A stretch of DNA of 64,000 nucleotides from Trueperaceae bacterium. Lineage in GTDB: Bacteria; Deinococcota; Deinococci; Deinococcales; Trueperaceae. Below the pieces are notes generated by a model that was given only the letters and a program-made list of their open reading frames with translations, did not search any database and had not been told where the DNA came from. Both the position numbers and the translations under genes were made by a program. Below, piece after piece: positions 20,482 to 30,123 of the stretch (the first letter of the stretch is position 1; each line of letters starts with the position of its first letter). The stretch lies in NCBI GenBank assembly GCA_034521815.1, contig JAXHLW010000011.1, positions 24,312 through 88,311 of the forward strand. The letters are read 5' to 3'.

Positions 20482-22287
20482 ATGGAGACGAGGGAGCCCC
20501 CGGCGGGACGACGGGCACGACACATCAGCATGCCCTGCGCGAGAGGCTCGAGGTCTTCTCGACGCTGTTTCCCGGTGTCCTGTTCCTGTGGCGGCAGGAT
20601 CCGGACGGCCGCTTCAGCGCTCCGTACGCCAGCGACGGCATCACGACCATGTTCGAGCTGTCGCCCGAGATGGTCGCCACGGACGCGTCGGCGATGATCG
20701 CGAAGATCCACCCGGGCGATCTCGATGCGTTCCTCGCCGCGATCGACGAGTCGCGTCGCACGCTGACGCTCTGGTCGCACGAGTTTCGGATCGTGCACGA
20801 CGACGGGAGCACGCGGGCGATCAGCGGACAGTCGATGCCGGAGCGTGCGCCCGACGGCTCCACCATCTGGACCGGCTTCGTGACCGACGTGACCGAGCGG
20901 CGGTTCATGCACGATCGGCTTCGCCTGATCACCGACGCTCTGCAGGACGTCGTCGTGCTGACGGACGCCGAGTCGAGGGTGAGCTTCGTGACCCCCAGCG
21001 TCCGTACCGTGTTGGGCCGTGACCCCAAGGACGTGACCGGTCGGTCGGTGCTGGAGCTGTTCGAGCAGGGCGGCCGCCAAGCCGTACGCGCGGCACTGCA
21101 ATCGCCGTCCGACCAGGTGATCGAGGCGCGGGGGGCGCACGCGCTGGGGCACGAGGTGTGGCTCGAGGCGACGCTCCACCGCATCGACGGCGAGGGCACG
21201 GTGCTGGCCTGTCGGGACGTGACGCAACGCGTTCGCGACCGACGCGATCTGCAGCGAGAGGTGGCGTACCGTCGGACGCTCGTGGAGCTGACCCGCGACA
21301 TGTTGTCGGCCGAGCTCGACGAGCGCTTCTATCAGCTGCTCATGGAACGCGCGATCGAGCTGGTGCCCGACGCCGAAGGCGGCAGCATGGTGCTCTGGGA
21401 CGAGGAGGATCAGCGCTACGACTTCGTCGCCGCGCAAGGCTTCGATCTCTCCGTTCTCCGGACGATCCGGCTGACGCCCGAGGAGCTGGACCGAAGCGAT
21501 CCTCCCCGCGTCGAGCGCATCGAGGTGCACAAGACCAACGGGCGGCTGGACGCGGCGACCCAGGCTCGGTTTCGCGCCGCGGGCCGCCTGGACGAGCTCA
21601 AGATGACGCTCTCGGTCCCGATCACCTCGCGCGGCAGCGCTGCCGGCTTCCTGAACCTGGACAACTTCCGTCGCGCGGACGCGTTCGGCAGCGAGGCCAT
21701 CGAAGCGGCCGAGGCGCTGGCCGTGCAGGTCGGGCTGGCGTTCCAGCGCCTCCAGCTCGAGGCGTCGCTCCGCGCGGAGCGGACGCGCTACCAGCACCTC
21801 GCCGGGCACGACCCGCTCACCGGCGTGCCCAACCGGCGGCTGTTCCAGGACCGCCTCACGAGGGCCCTGGCGCGAGCGAACCGCCGCGGCGGTCACGTCG
21901 GGCTGATCTACGTGGACTTGGACGAGTTCAAGACGGTGAACGACCGCCACGGCCACGCCGCGGGCGACGCGCTGCTGCGCGCCGTGGCGATGCGCCTTCG
22001 CGACACCGTGCGGGAGGAGGACACGGTCGCTCGGCTCGGTGGCGACGAGTTCGCCGTCGTGCTGTCGGAGCTGACGGTTCCAGGACGACGCCGCGGAGGT
22101 CGTCGACAAACTCCACGGCGCGCTGAGCGACCCGTTCCGCCACGACGGGCTCGAGCTTCGTGTGAGCGCCAGCATCGGCTGCGCCGTCTTCCCCGCCGAC
22201 GGCGCGGACGCCGACGATCTGATGCGGGCGGCGGACGCGGCGATGTACGAGGCCAAGCCCAAGGAGCGTCAGACCCAGCGCGACTGA
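20482..22287 (+). pseudogene. PAS-PAS-GAF-GGDEF diguanylate cyclase with a frame break near 22078-22081 and an unresolved 5' end
   Basis: Main text lies in ORF 20325..22868(+): LEVFSTLFPGVLFLWRQDPDG.. (PAS), ..VTERRFMHDRLRLITDALQDVVVL.. (PAS), a GAF-like middle, then HDPLTGVPNRRLF..NDRHGHAAGDALL..REEDTVARLGGDEFAVVL (I-site RxxD plus GGDEF). After ..SELTV the true continuation QDDAAEVVDKLHGALSDPF..ASIGCAVFP..AMYEAKPKERQTQRD is one base out of phase, with stop TGA 22285-22287. No in-frame ATG or GTG precedes the first PAS domain; ATGs at 20482 and 20530 are in the neighbouring frame. Confidence 0.8.
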
Positions 22288-22309
22288 CCGCTGCGTGGGG
22301 TCGTCGCGC

Positions 22310-22718
22310 TCAGTGCATCCAGGGCGTGTACGCCAGCCCGATCAACAGCCCTTCGGGCCCGGACAGGCGCGCGACGGTCTGGCCCCACGTCTCGGTCTTG
22401 GCGCCGTGGATCAGGCGCTGGCCCTGCGCCTCGAGCTCGGCCGCCGCCTCCGCGACGGCGGCCTCGCTCGGCCATCTCGAACTCGATAGTGGCTTGAGGA
22501 ACGGGGTACGCCTCGGGCCAGTCGTAGGTGCCGAAGCAGGTGTGCGCCGCCATCGACAGCGGCCAGACGCCCAGATGCTTCACGCCTGCGAGCTCCTCGC
22601 TGGACAGGTACTCGCCCTCGCCCTCGAGGGGCAGGCCCAGGAGGTCGCGGTAGAACGCGGTGCCCTGCTGCGCATCGGGGACGATCGGGGTGACGCCGGC
22701 GACGAATTCGATCTTCAT
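22310..22718 (-). pseudogene. Small VOC/glyoxalase-fold protein (about 135 aa) with one frame break near 22462
   Basis: ATG 22718 with AAGGAG upstream. MKIEFVAGVTPIVPDAQQGTAFYRDLLGLPLEG..TIEFEMAER, then one base out of phase ..AAVAEAAAELEAQGQRLIHGAKTETWGQTVARLSGPEGLLIGLAYTPWMH, stop TGA 22310-22312. Total length is 3n+1. Confidence 0.75.
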
Positions 22719-22905
22719 GGTGGGCTCCTTCTGGCCGGGGCTCGCGTCGACCGGCGGCTCGTGGCGTGCGGTCCGCGCCCGACGGTCGGCGCCCGGCGGT
22801 CGGTGTCGAGTGACGGCGACCTGCAGGGTAGCGAGTCTACCGAAAACCATGCCTGGGATTTCCGGTAGACACGGGGACATCCTCGCTTGCAGAAGGAGGT
22901 CCACC

Positions 22906-23037
22906 ATGATCCAGTCCATTCCGACCTCGGCGCTGTTCGACCGTCCCGCTCGACTCCGTCAGGAAGCCCGCCTGGTGCGGGTGCTCCGCGAGCTGCGCGC
23001 CGCAGCGGCGGCCCGCCACGCGAGGACGGACCGCTGA
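22906..23037 (+). CDS. Small hypothetical protein (43 aa) immediately upstream of fhs
   Basis: ATG 22906 with AAGGAGG 6 nt upstream. MIQSIPTSALFDRPARLRQEARLVRVLRELRAAAAARHARTDR. Third-codon positions are almost all G/C, as in neighbouring real genes. No family recognised. Confidence 0.4.
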   Translation: MIQSIPTSALFDRPARLRQEARLVRVLRELRAAAAARHARTDR

Positions 23038-23069
23038 CGAACGACCCGATCCGGTACGCTCGACGCATC

Positions 23070-24695
23070 ATGACCGAGACCCTGCGCACCATCACCGACG
23101 TCGCCCACGAGCTCGGGCTCGATCCCGACACCGTCCGGACGCTGGGCCGCCACAAGGCCAAGGTCCAGCTGCCTCCCGCCGGCACGTCCGACGACCCGGA
23201 CCGTCAAGGCCGGCTGGTCCTCGTCAGCGCGATCATGCCCACCAAGGCGGGCGAGGGAAAGACCACCGTCAGCGTCGGGCTCGCAGACGGCCTCCGCCGC
23301 GTCGGCCGCAAGGTCGCGCTGTGCCTGCGCGAGCCGTCCCTCGGCCCGGTGTTCGGGATCAAGGGCGGCGGCACGGGGGGCGGACGGGCGCAGGTCGAGC
23401 CCGCGGCCGACATCAACTTGCACTTCACCGGCGACATGCACGCCGTCACCGCCGCCCACAACCTGCTTTCGGCGATGATCGACACCGACCTGCACTTCGG
23501 CGGCGCCAGCGGCCTGACGCCGGAGCGCGTCACCTGGCCGCGCGTCCTGGACGTGAACGACCGCGCGCTTCGGAAGGTGATCGTCTCGGCCGGGCGCGAG
23601 ACGGAGCGCACGACCCGTTTCGACATCACGGCCGCCAGCGAGATCATGGCGGTGCTCTCGCTGGCCGAGTCCCTGGACGACCTGCGAAGCCGGATCGCCC
23701 GCATCGTGGTCGGCACCAGCGAAGACGGCGCCGACGTCACCGCGAACGATCTGGGCGCGGTCGACGCCATGGTGGCGCTGCTGCGCGACGCGCTCGAGCC
23801 CAACCTGGTCCAGACGCGCGAAGGCGCGCCCGCCTTCGTCCACGGCGGACCGTTCGGCAACATCGCCCACGGCTGCTCCAGCGTGGTCGCGACCCGCACC
23901 GCGCTGCGCCACGCCAGCGAGGTGGTGACCGAGGCCGGGTTCGGGTTCGACCTCGGTGGCGAGAAGTTCTTGGACATCAAGATGCGCCAGTCGGGACTGT
24001 GGCCGCGTGCGGTGGTGCTCGTCGCGACGGTGCGGGCGCTGGCCGCCCACGGCGACGGCGACGTGGCGCGTGGCTTGGCGCACCTCGACCGGCAGCTGGC
24101 CAACGTGCGCGCCTTCGGTCTGCCGACGGTCGTGGCGATCAACGTGTTCGCCAACGACGACGAGGACGATCTGCGCGCGCTGGAGCGTCACTGCGAGGAG
24201 GCGGGCGTCCCGTCGGCCCGGATCACCTCGTTCGCCGACGGCGGACCGGGCGGCGAGGCGCTGGCGGGAGCGGTGTTGGAGGTCCTCGACGCCACCGACG
24301 CCGATCCACCCCGGCCCCGCTTCCTCTACCGCGACGAGATGCCCCTGGCCGACAAGATCCGCACCGTCGCCCAGCGTCTCTACGGCGCCGGCTCGGTCAC
24401 GTTCCGCGACGCCGCCGAGCGGCAGCTCGAAGCGCTGACGAAGGCGGGCCACGGCCGGCTGCCGGTGTGCATCGCCAAGACGCACCTGTCGTTCAGCGGC
24501 GACCCCAAGGCGGGCGGTCTGGCCGAGGGGTTCGATCTCGAGGTCCGCGCGGTCCGGCTCTCGGCCGGCGCCGGCTTCGTGGTCCCGCTGATCGGTCGGA
24601 TCGTGACGATGCCGGCGCTGGGTCGCGACCCGGCCGCGAAGCACGTCCGGGTCGCGACCGATGGCACGATCTCGGGCCTGATGCAGGGCGAATAG
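23070..24695 (+). CDS. fhs: Formate--tetrahydrofolate ligase
   Basis: ORF 22887..24695(+), ATG 23070. Text ..LVLVSAIMPTKAGEGKTTVSVGL..REPSLGPVFGIKGGGTGGG..FHGGPFGNIAHGCSS..CIAKTHLSFSGDP. The in-frame upstream text ..LTNDPIRYARR resembles the usual Fhs N-terminus but has no ATG or GTG, so the true start may differ. Confidence 0.93.
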   Translation: MTETLRTITDVAHELGLDPDTVRTLGRHKAKVQLPPAGTSDDPDRQGRLVLVSAIMPTKAGEGKTTVSVGLADGLRRVGRKVALCLREPSLGPVFGIKGGGTGGGRAQVEPAADINLHFTGDMHAVTAAHNLLSAMIDTDLHFGGASGLTPERVTWPRVLDVNDRALRKVIVSAGRETERTTRFDITAASEIMAVLSLAESLDDLRSRIARIVVGTSEDGADVTANDLGAVDAMVALLRDALEPNLVQTREGAPAFVHGGPFGNIAHGCSSVVATRTALRHASEVVTEAGFGFDLGGEKFLDIKMRQSGLWPRAVVLVATVRALAAHGDGDVARGLAHLDRQLANVRAFGLPTVVAINVFANDDEDDLRALERHCEEAGVPSARITSFADGGPGGEALAGAVLEVLDATDADPPRPRFLYRDEMPLADKIRTVAQRLYGAGSVTFRDAAERQLEALTKAGHGRLPVCIAKTHLSFSGDPKAGGLAEGFDLEVRAVRLSAGAGFVVPLIGRIVTMPALGRDPAAKHVRVATDGTISGLMQGE

Positions 24696-24764
24696 CGCGC
24701 CGGCTGGGCTCGCCGCCGGCCGCGCGCGGCGCCGGCTGAGCGGCGGGCCCGACCCGCGCCGACC

Positions 24765-25151
24765 TCAGCTGGATTGGAGCTCTCGGCCCCCGTCGCCGTC
24801 CGCGTGCGGCTTGCCGACGTCCGTTTCGTTCTGGCTCGCCTCGGAGCCGGCAGGGTCGGCGACCTTGACCACGCTGATCGTCAGGTTCGCGACCAGCGCC
24901 GCGATCGCGCCGATCCCCGCCCAGACGGGCAGGAGGGCGGTACCGATCACGCCCAGCGTCAGCGGGATCTCGATCAGCGTCTTGCCGTCCTCGTTCTTCA
25001 ACGTGATGCGGCGGACGTTGCCCTCTCGCACCAGCTCCTTGACCTTGGAGACGACCCGCTCGCCCGAGACCTGGAACTCCTCGGTGAAGGTCCGTCCCTC
25101 TTCCCTGCTGCCCGTGTTCGTGTTCGCCTGGTCGTGATGGTCGTCGCTCAT
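24765..25151 (-). CDS. DUF4342 domain-containing protein (128 aa)
   Basis: Intact ORF with GGAGAGGAAGGA upstream. FQVSGERVVSKVKELVREGNVRRITLKNEDGKTLIEIPLTLGVIGTALLPVWAGIGAIAALV matches my recollection of the DUF4342 signature. Confidence 0.75.
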   Translation of the reverse strand: MSDDHHDQANTNTGSREEGRTFTEEFQVSGERVVSKVKELVREGNVRRITLKNEDGKTLIEIPLTLGVIGTALLPVWAGIGAIAALVANLTISVVKVADPAGSEASQNETDVGKPHADGDGGRELQSS

Positions 25152-25429
25152 CGTGATCCTTCCTCTCCGGATCCGTCGGACCCGTGGGGCGTCGCCCCGT
25201 GCACACGATCGTAGGCCCGCGTCGCGAACGCCGCCTCGGCCGAAGGGTGGAGAACGGTCGGCGGCGAGGCCCTCGCGCGAGCCTGCACCGAACGGCGCTC
25301 ATCCAGGCCGAGTCAGACGGCCGTAGCGCCTCAACACCTCGCGAAGCGGCTCGTGCGGGAGCGAAGGGTAGTACGCGCGGTCGACGCCATGGTGGCGCTG
25401 GGCATCGTCGATCAGCTGCCCGGCCCGAC

Positions 25430-26503
25430 TCAGGCAGCGTCCGCCGACGCGTCGCTCGCGCCCACGACGCGGTTCTTGCCCAGACGCTTGGCGCGGTACA
25501 GGCGCCGATCGGCGCGTTCGAGCAGCTCCGCGACGGTCGTCAGCGGCTCGAACGTCGCGACGCCGAAGCTGGCCGTGACCCCGACGCCGCCCGAGTAGAG
25601 GTGGCGCTGAACCTCGTCCCGGACGCGTTCGGCCAACCTCAGCGCCTGTTCGTGGTCCGCGTCGGGAGCGATGATCAGGAACTCCTCGCCTCCCCAGCGG
25701 CCCAGCACGTCGCCGGTCCGTAGCAGCGGTCGCACGCTGCGCCCGACCTGCTCCAGGACGCGGTCCCCGACGTGGTGACCGTGAACGTCGTTGACGCGCT
25801 TGAAGTCGTCGATGTCGAAGAACACGACCGAGAGCGCCAGGTCGTGACGGAGGGCCAGCGAGGCGTAGCGGTGCAGATTCTCCTCGATCCCGCGACGGTT
25901 CGGAAGGTGCGTGAGCGCGTCGAGGTACGCCATCTCGCGCATCTTCTCGGTCTCCATCAGGGCGCTCGCGTGATCGTCCTTGCTGCGCGCCAGCGCGTAG
26001 AGCATCAGCATCGTCACCGCCAGCGCCCCTTCGTACGCGATCAGCTGCGCTGCAGAGCCCACCGGAGCTCCGACCCGCGAGCCCACGACCAGCCAGGCGG
26101 CGGTGATCGCGACCGCGACGGCCAGCTCGGCCGCCGAGAGGATCAGCGCCGTTCGCGTGGCGAACAACAGGTACGCCAGAATCGCGAGCACGATGAAGAT
26201 CATGAACACGTCGGGGGTGAGCCGCTGCGCGACCGGCAGTGCGGCGTCCGACCAGAAGAACCGCGACGCCACGATCCAGACCCAGAACAGGGCGAGGAAG
26301 ACGTACGAGATGCTCATCACGGTCCGGGTCGCCAACCGCCTCCTGGCCAAGGCCCAGAACGCCCAGCACAGCTGGAGCGCCAGCACCGGATACCCGAACG
26401 CCTCCAGCGGAGACGCGGACGCGAACCGTCCCAGCGCCAGCAGCGTCGGAACGGCCAGGGCGATCACGGCGAGCAGGAGCGGACGGTGTCGGTCCAGGTT
26501 CAT
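25430..26503 (-). CDS. Membrane-anchored GGDEF diguanylate cyclase (357 aa)
   Basis: Intact ORF. About five N-terminal TM helices, then DALTHLPNRRGIE..FFDIDDFKRVNDVHGHHVGDRVL..RTGDVLGRWGGEEFLIIA (RxxD I-site plus GGEEF)..RADRRLYRAKRLGKNRV. Confidence 0.9.
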   Translation of the reverse strand: MNLDRHRPLLLAVIALAVPTLLALGRFASASPLEAFGYPVLALQLCWAFWALARRRLATRTVMSISYVFLALFWVWIVASRFFWSDAALPVAQRLTPDVFMIFIVLAILAYLLFATRTALILSAAELAVAVAITAAWLVVGSRVGAPVGSAAQLIAYEGALAVTMLMLYALARSKDDHASALMETEKMREMAYLDALTHLPNRRGIEENLHRYASLALRHDLALSVVFFDIDDFKRVNDVHGHHVGDRVLEQVGRSVRPLLRTGDVLGRWGGEEFLIIAPDADHEQALRLAERVRDEVQRHLYSGGVGVTASFGVATFEPLTTVAELLERADRRLYRAKRLGKNRVVGASDASADAA

Positions 26504-26622
26504 GGGCCCCCTGCACGGGGCCGTGACCGGCAGAAGCAGCGAGACGCTCCGCGACGCTCCGTCATGGTGGCAAGCCCTCGCTCACGGGTCCTGTCAGTCG
26601 CTGCGGTCGCGCCGTGGGCGCG

Positions 26623-27045
26623 CTAATGCGGCAAGCGCGTCTGCAGCAGGCCGTAGGTCAGCGTCCCCAGCCAGGCGGCGGCGAACACGATCGTGAACGG
26701 CCACAGGCCGGCACCGATCAGCGCCGCGATCGGCCCGGGACAGGCGCCGGTCAGCGCCCAGCCGACACCGAACAGGACGCCGCCGCCGGCGTAGCGGCGC
26801 CAGCCGTCGGGCATCGCCTCGGTGACGATCGGACGTCCGTCCACGGAGCGGATCTCGAGCCGGCGCACGATCCACACGCTGAGCGCGGCGACCAGCACGG
26901 CCGTTCCGATCACGCCGTACATATGGAACGCGTGGAACCGGAACATCTCCTGAATGCGGTACCACGAGACGACCTCGCCCTTCATCAGCACGAAGCCGAA
27001 GTAGACGCCGATCGCCAGGAAGCGGGCGTCGGCCGGGATGGTCAC
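26623..27045 (-). CDS. YeeE/YedE-related small membrane protein (DUF6691-like second half, 140 aa)
   Basis: Terminal part of ORF 26623..27633(-). GTG 27045 is preceded by GGGAGG. VTIPADARFLAIGVYFGFVLMKGEVVSWYRIQEMFRF..GVLFGVGWALTGACPGPIAALIG.. Length divisible by 3. Confidence 0.7.
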   Translation of the reverse strand: MTIPADARFLAIGVYFGFVLMKGEVVSWYRIQEMFRFHAFHMYGVIGTAVLVAALSVWIVRRLEIRSVDGRPIVTEAMPDGWRRYAGGGVLFGVGWALTGACPGPIAALIGAGLWPFTIVFAAAWLGTLTYGLLQTRLPH

Positions 27046-27089
27046 GGCGGACCTCCCGGCCTGCTCGTCGGCCAGCCCGTCGGCCGACC

Positions 27090-27662
27090 TCACGATCCCC
27101 CCAGCAGCAGCGGCCACAGAAGGTGCGTGGCCGCCAGCCCGCCGGCGAAGAACCCTGCGACCGCGATCGCCGAGGCGGGCTGAAGCTCCGCCAGCCCCAT
27201 GATCGCGTGGCCCGAGGTGCAGCCTTTGGCCCAGCGCGCGCCGAACCCGACCAGGAAGCCGCCGACCACGGTCGCCACGAAGCCGGCCGGCGTGCGCAGG
27301 CCCTCCCAGGAGAAGATCGCCGTTGGCACGAAGCCTCCGTCCACCGTGACGCCCAGGGCCTGCAGCGCCCGGCGGGTCGCCTCCGAGACGCGCACGGGGT
27401 TCGGATCGCCGAGGACGACGCCGCCCAGCAGGCCTCCGATCGCGATGCCCGCCACGACCAGCAGGTTCCAGGCTCCCTCGCGAAGCCCGTCGTAGCGGAA
27501 GTAGCTCGCCGGCACGTTCGCGATGGCGCAGAGGTGCCGGTACGACGACGACAGTCCGAACCGTCGTCCCCCGAACACCAGCAGCATGGGCACGACCAGG
27601 CCGATGGCGGGCCCGGCGACGTACCAGGGCCACGGGCCGCGTAGAAGATCGAGGAGGTCCAT
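27090..27662 (-). CDS. YeeE/YedE-family (sulfur-compound transport-like) membrane protein (190 aa)
   Basis: ORF 27090..27731(-), likely start ATG 27662. MDLLDLLRGPWPWYVAGPAIGLVVPMLLVFGGRRFGLSSSY..GFGARWAKGCTSGHAIMGLAEL. Confidence 0.8.
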   Translation of the reverse strand: MDLLDLLRGPWPWYVAGPAIGLVVPMLLVFGGRRFGLSSSYRHLCAIANVPASYFRYDGLREGAWNLLVVAGIAIGGLLGGVVLGDPNPVRVSEATRRALQALGVTVDGGFVPTAIFSWEGLRTPAGFVATVVGGFLVGFGARWAKGCTSGHAIMGLAELQPASAIAVAGFFAGGLAATHLLWPLLLGGS

Positions 27663-27670
27663 GGCCAAAA

Positions 27671-27700
27671 GGTTTACCAACACGGTCAACAATGCGTCAA
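27671..27700 (-). promoter_or_regulatory. Candidate promoter (TTGACG, 18 nt spacer, TAAACC) abutting the YeeE/YedE start; would give a leaderless or near-leaderless mRNA
   Basis: Minus-sense TTGACG 27700-27695 and TAAACC 27676-27671, with the ATG at 27662, in a locally AT-richer gap. Pattern match only. Confidence 0.2.
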
Positions 27701-27786
27701 GCGAGCCGGCCCGCTGTCGAGGCCGCGCCACCCGGCGATGCGGTCCAAGGTTCGCGCCACCGCGCTTCGTCTCCGCGCGCCGTCGC

Positions 27787-29208
27787 TCAACGCCACGGGA
27801 AGCCCATCGCCTTCCAGCCGGTCCGCATCGTCCGCAGCAGGTCGCGGGTGCGCCACGAGTCGGCCTCCGGCACCCGGCGCAGCCACGTCCACGCCATCAT
27901 CCGGAGCACGCCCGACACCACGAACAGCCAGTGGTACGCGGTCCAGGTCCCGCCGAACACGGGCGCCTCGAACCTCCCGAGCGTCACGAGCAGCGGTCCC
28001 GAGAGCACGCCCCCCAGGAAGCCGGTGACGCCGGTGCCCAGGCTGTACATGGCGATGAACACCACACGGTTCGTTCGCGGCGCCGAGACCAGGGCCAGGT
28101 TGAAGATCGCGGGACCGATCGCGCCCCACGCCACGGCGTCGAACACGGCCGACAGCCAGATCCACTCGACGCGGCCCGTGAAGCCGGCGACGATCCAGGA
28201 GAAGGGCAACAGCGCCCCGGTCAGGAAGGTGCCGATCGCCAGAACGCCCTTGTTGCCGACCCGGTCGGCGACGCGGCCCCAGCCGCTCGTCGTCCCCAGC
28301 GCGGTGATGGCGGCGATGGACGACCAGACGGCGATCTGCGTGAAGCTGAGACCCAGCTCGCCCAAGAAGTAGGGCATGACGAACGGCGAGGCCAGCATCA
28401 CCACGAACTGCCAGTAAAGCGCGAACACCAGGAAGCGCCGGAACCCCGGCTCCCGCCACGGCAGCGTGACCAGATCGCGCCAACGAACGCGCTCCCGCGT
28501 GGTGGGCGGATCGAGCTGCGCGAGGTAGATCCCGACGCCCACCAGCGCGATCGCGACCGAGGCGACCAACACGGCCTGGAACGAGAACGGCGCACCCACC
28601 CGGTCCAGGAACGCCCCCGCAGCGAGGTTCGCGACCATCGCGACGACGCCGACGATGCCCGCGCGGAGCCCGAAGTAGCGGCCGCGCTCGCGCTCGGGCA
28701 CGACGTCGCCCATCCAGGCGGCCCAGAGCGTGCCGTTCGCCGCCAGGAAGAAGCTGCTCACCAGGACCAGCACGATCAACGCCGGCGGACGCCAATCGTC
28801 CGGCATGGGCACGAGCGGCAGCGAGGCCGCCAGCAGCCAGGTCGTGCGCGAGGCCAACGCCATCGCCACCGTCAACGCCTTGCGGCGCCCCAGCACCGCG
28901 GCCAAGAACGCCACGCCCGGGCTGGCGACCTGCGCCAGCAGCGGCACCGAGCCCACCAGCGCGATCTCGGCCGGCGACGCCCCGAGGTGCAGCATGAACC
29001 CGATCAGCACGCTCCCCGACGTCCAGTTCAGGAACACCTGGGTGAGCGATCCCTCGACGACGGAGAGCCGCATGGTGCGCCGGACCTGGCGCCGAACGCC
29101 CGGCTCGAGGTCGTCCAGCCGAGCCGCGGCGCCCGGGGGCGGCGGCAGCCGGGGAGCGTCGTCAGGAGAAGGGTGAGGAGAGGCGTCGGGAGCAGGATCG
29201 CGCGTCAT
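27787..29208 (-). CDS. MFS transporter (473 aa; the start could be the internal Met about 45 codons in)
   Basis: Intact ORF. Low-complexity Pro-rich N-terminus, then RLSVVEGSLTQVFLNWTSGSVLIGFML.. and about 12 TM segments. Text GDVVPERERGRYFGLRAG. Confidence 0.85.
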   Translation of the reverse strand: MTRDPAPDASPHPSPDDAPRLPPPPGAAARLDDLEPGVRRQVRRTMRLSVVEGSLTQVFLNWTSGSVLIGFMLHLGASPAEIALVGSVPLLAQVASPGVAFLAAVLGRRKALTVAMALASRTTWLLAASLPLVPMPDDWRPPALIVLVLVSSFFLAANGTLWAAWMGDVVPERERGRYFGLRAGIVGVVAMVANLAAGAFLDRVGAPFSFQAVLVASVAIALVGVGIYLAQLDPPTTRERVRWRDLVTLPWREPGFRRFLVFALYWQFVVMLASPFVMPYFLGELGLSFTQIAVWSSIAAITALGTTSGWGRVADRVGNKGVLAIGTFLTGALLPFSWIVAGFTGRVEWIWLSAVFDAVAWGAIGPAIFNLALVSAPRTNRVVFIAMYSLGTGVTGFLGGVLSGPLLVTLGRFEAPVFGGTWTAYHWLFVVSGVLRMMAWTWLRRVPEADSWRTRDLLRTMRTGWKAMGFPWR

Positions 29209-29396
29209 GCAGCGCGAAGTCTACGCCACCTGCGGACGGCGTGCACGGCTCGGGCGATCGACGACCGTCTCACGGTGTCGAAGCGCTCCGGGTCGAGCCC
29301 CGGCTCGAGCAGCCCGCGAACGAGCTCGCCGACGGACGGCGCCGGCAGGGCGGCGGACGCCGGACCGGACGCGCCGATCCCGAGCGCGTCTCGCAC
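29205..29396 (-). CDS. Hypothetical small ORF (63 codons) overlapping the MFS start by ATGA
   Basis: GTG start. High G/C at third positions for most of its length. VRDALGIGASGPASAALPAPSVGELVRGLLEPGLDPERFDTV.. No family recognised; may be spurious. Confidence 0.2.
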   Translation of the reverse strand: MRDALGIGASGPASAALPAPSVGELVRGLLEPGLDPERFDTVRRSSIARAVHAVRRWRRLRAA

Positions 29397-29423
29397 CGCC
29401 GACCGAGCGTGGGCAGGGCTCGC

Positions 29424-30074
29424 TCAGCGCACCGCCATGTCGGGAAGCGACCGGACGACGTGCGGCGTGATGGCGCGCGCCGCGCCTGCGTCGACCACGC
29501 CGTTCGTGACGAACAGGCAGGTCGCTCCCGCCGCGATCGCCGCCCGCGCGCCGGCCTCGCTGTCCTCGACCACCAGGCAGCGATCCGCCGAGACGCCCAG
29601 GCGCCGCGCCGCCAGCAGGTAGCCGTCGGGCTCCGGCTTGCCGCGCGCCACGTCCTCGACCGAGATCCGGACGGGCAGGTGCGCTGCCCAGGCGTGCGGC
29701 TCCAGCGAGGCGCGGATCATCGCGTGCGGCGAGTTCGACACCACCGCCCGCGGCACGCCCGCCGCGGCGACCTCCTCGACCCAGACCGCGGCGTTGGGCA
29801 TCGGACGCGCACGCCCCAGCGCCTCGACGAGGTCCTGGACGACGCGCTCCCAGAACGCGTCCGGTTCGCCCACGAGGCCGTAGCGGGTCTGCAGGATCGC
29901 CGTCGACGTCGCGCGATCCTTTCCGTGCAGCGAGGCGTGGGCGCTCTCCGGCAGGTCGCCGCCGAACTCGGGCACCACCGCGCGAAGCACCTCGAACCAG
30001 ATCGGCTCGCTGTCGACCAGGGTGCCGTCCATGTCGAACAGCACGGCACCGTAGTCACGAGGGTCCAGCGTCAT
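29424..30074 (-). CDS. HAD-superfamily hydrolase (beta-phosphoglucomutase/phosphatase-like, 216 aa)
   Basis: Intact ORF. Motif I AVLFDMDGTLVDSE, motif II VVSNS, motif III/IV ..GKPEPDGYL..CLVVEDSEAGARAAIAAG. Confidence 0.88.
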   Translation of the reverse strand: MTLDPRDYGAVLFDMDGTLVDSEPIWFEVLRAVVPEFGGDLPESAHASLHGKDRATSTAILQTRYGLVGEPDAFWERVVQDLVEALGRARPMPNAAVWVEEVAAAGVPRAVVSNSPHAMIRASLEPHAWAAHLPVRISVEDVARGKPEPDGYLLAARRLGVSADRCLVVEDSEAGARAAIAAGATCLFVTNGVVDAGAARAITPHVVRSLPDMAVR

Positions 30075-30123
30075 CGCGTCGACTCTCCTTCTCGGGCGTG
30101 ACGTCTCGGGACGGCGGTGGGGG

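Noticed and set aside
22780-22985. Fragments resembling the ZTP (pfl-motif) riboswitch upstream of fhs: GUGAC-GGCGAC at about 22806, GCCUGGGA at about 22852 and CCGCCUGGUGC at about 22966. The same idea applies to the 137-nt pflB leader (57467-57602, GGACUGGGGGACG .. GCUGGUGCA).
   Set aside because: These are only partial matches. The conserved U in GACUGGCG is missing. I could build no convincing P1/P2/P3 and pseudoknot architecture. One candidate 3' element lies inside a coding-looking small ORF. In GC-rich DNA such 7-10-mers arise by chance. A covariance-model scan (Rfam RF01750) would be decisive.
25299-25429. Readable tail ..QLIDDAQRHHGVDRAYYPSLPHEPLREVLRRYGRLTRPG* just downstream of the membrane GGDEF gene.
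   Set aside because: It has no start codon or RBS, spans only about 40 codons, and I recognised no family. It may be a gene remnant but cannot be supported.
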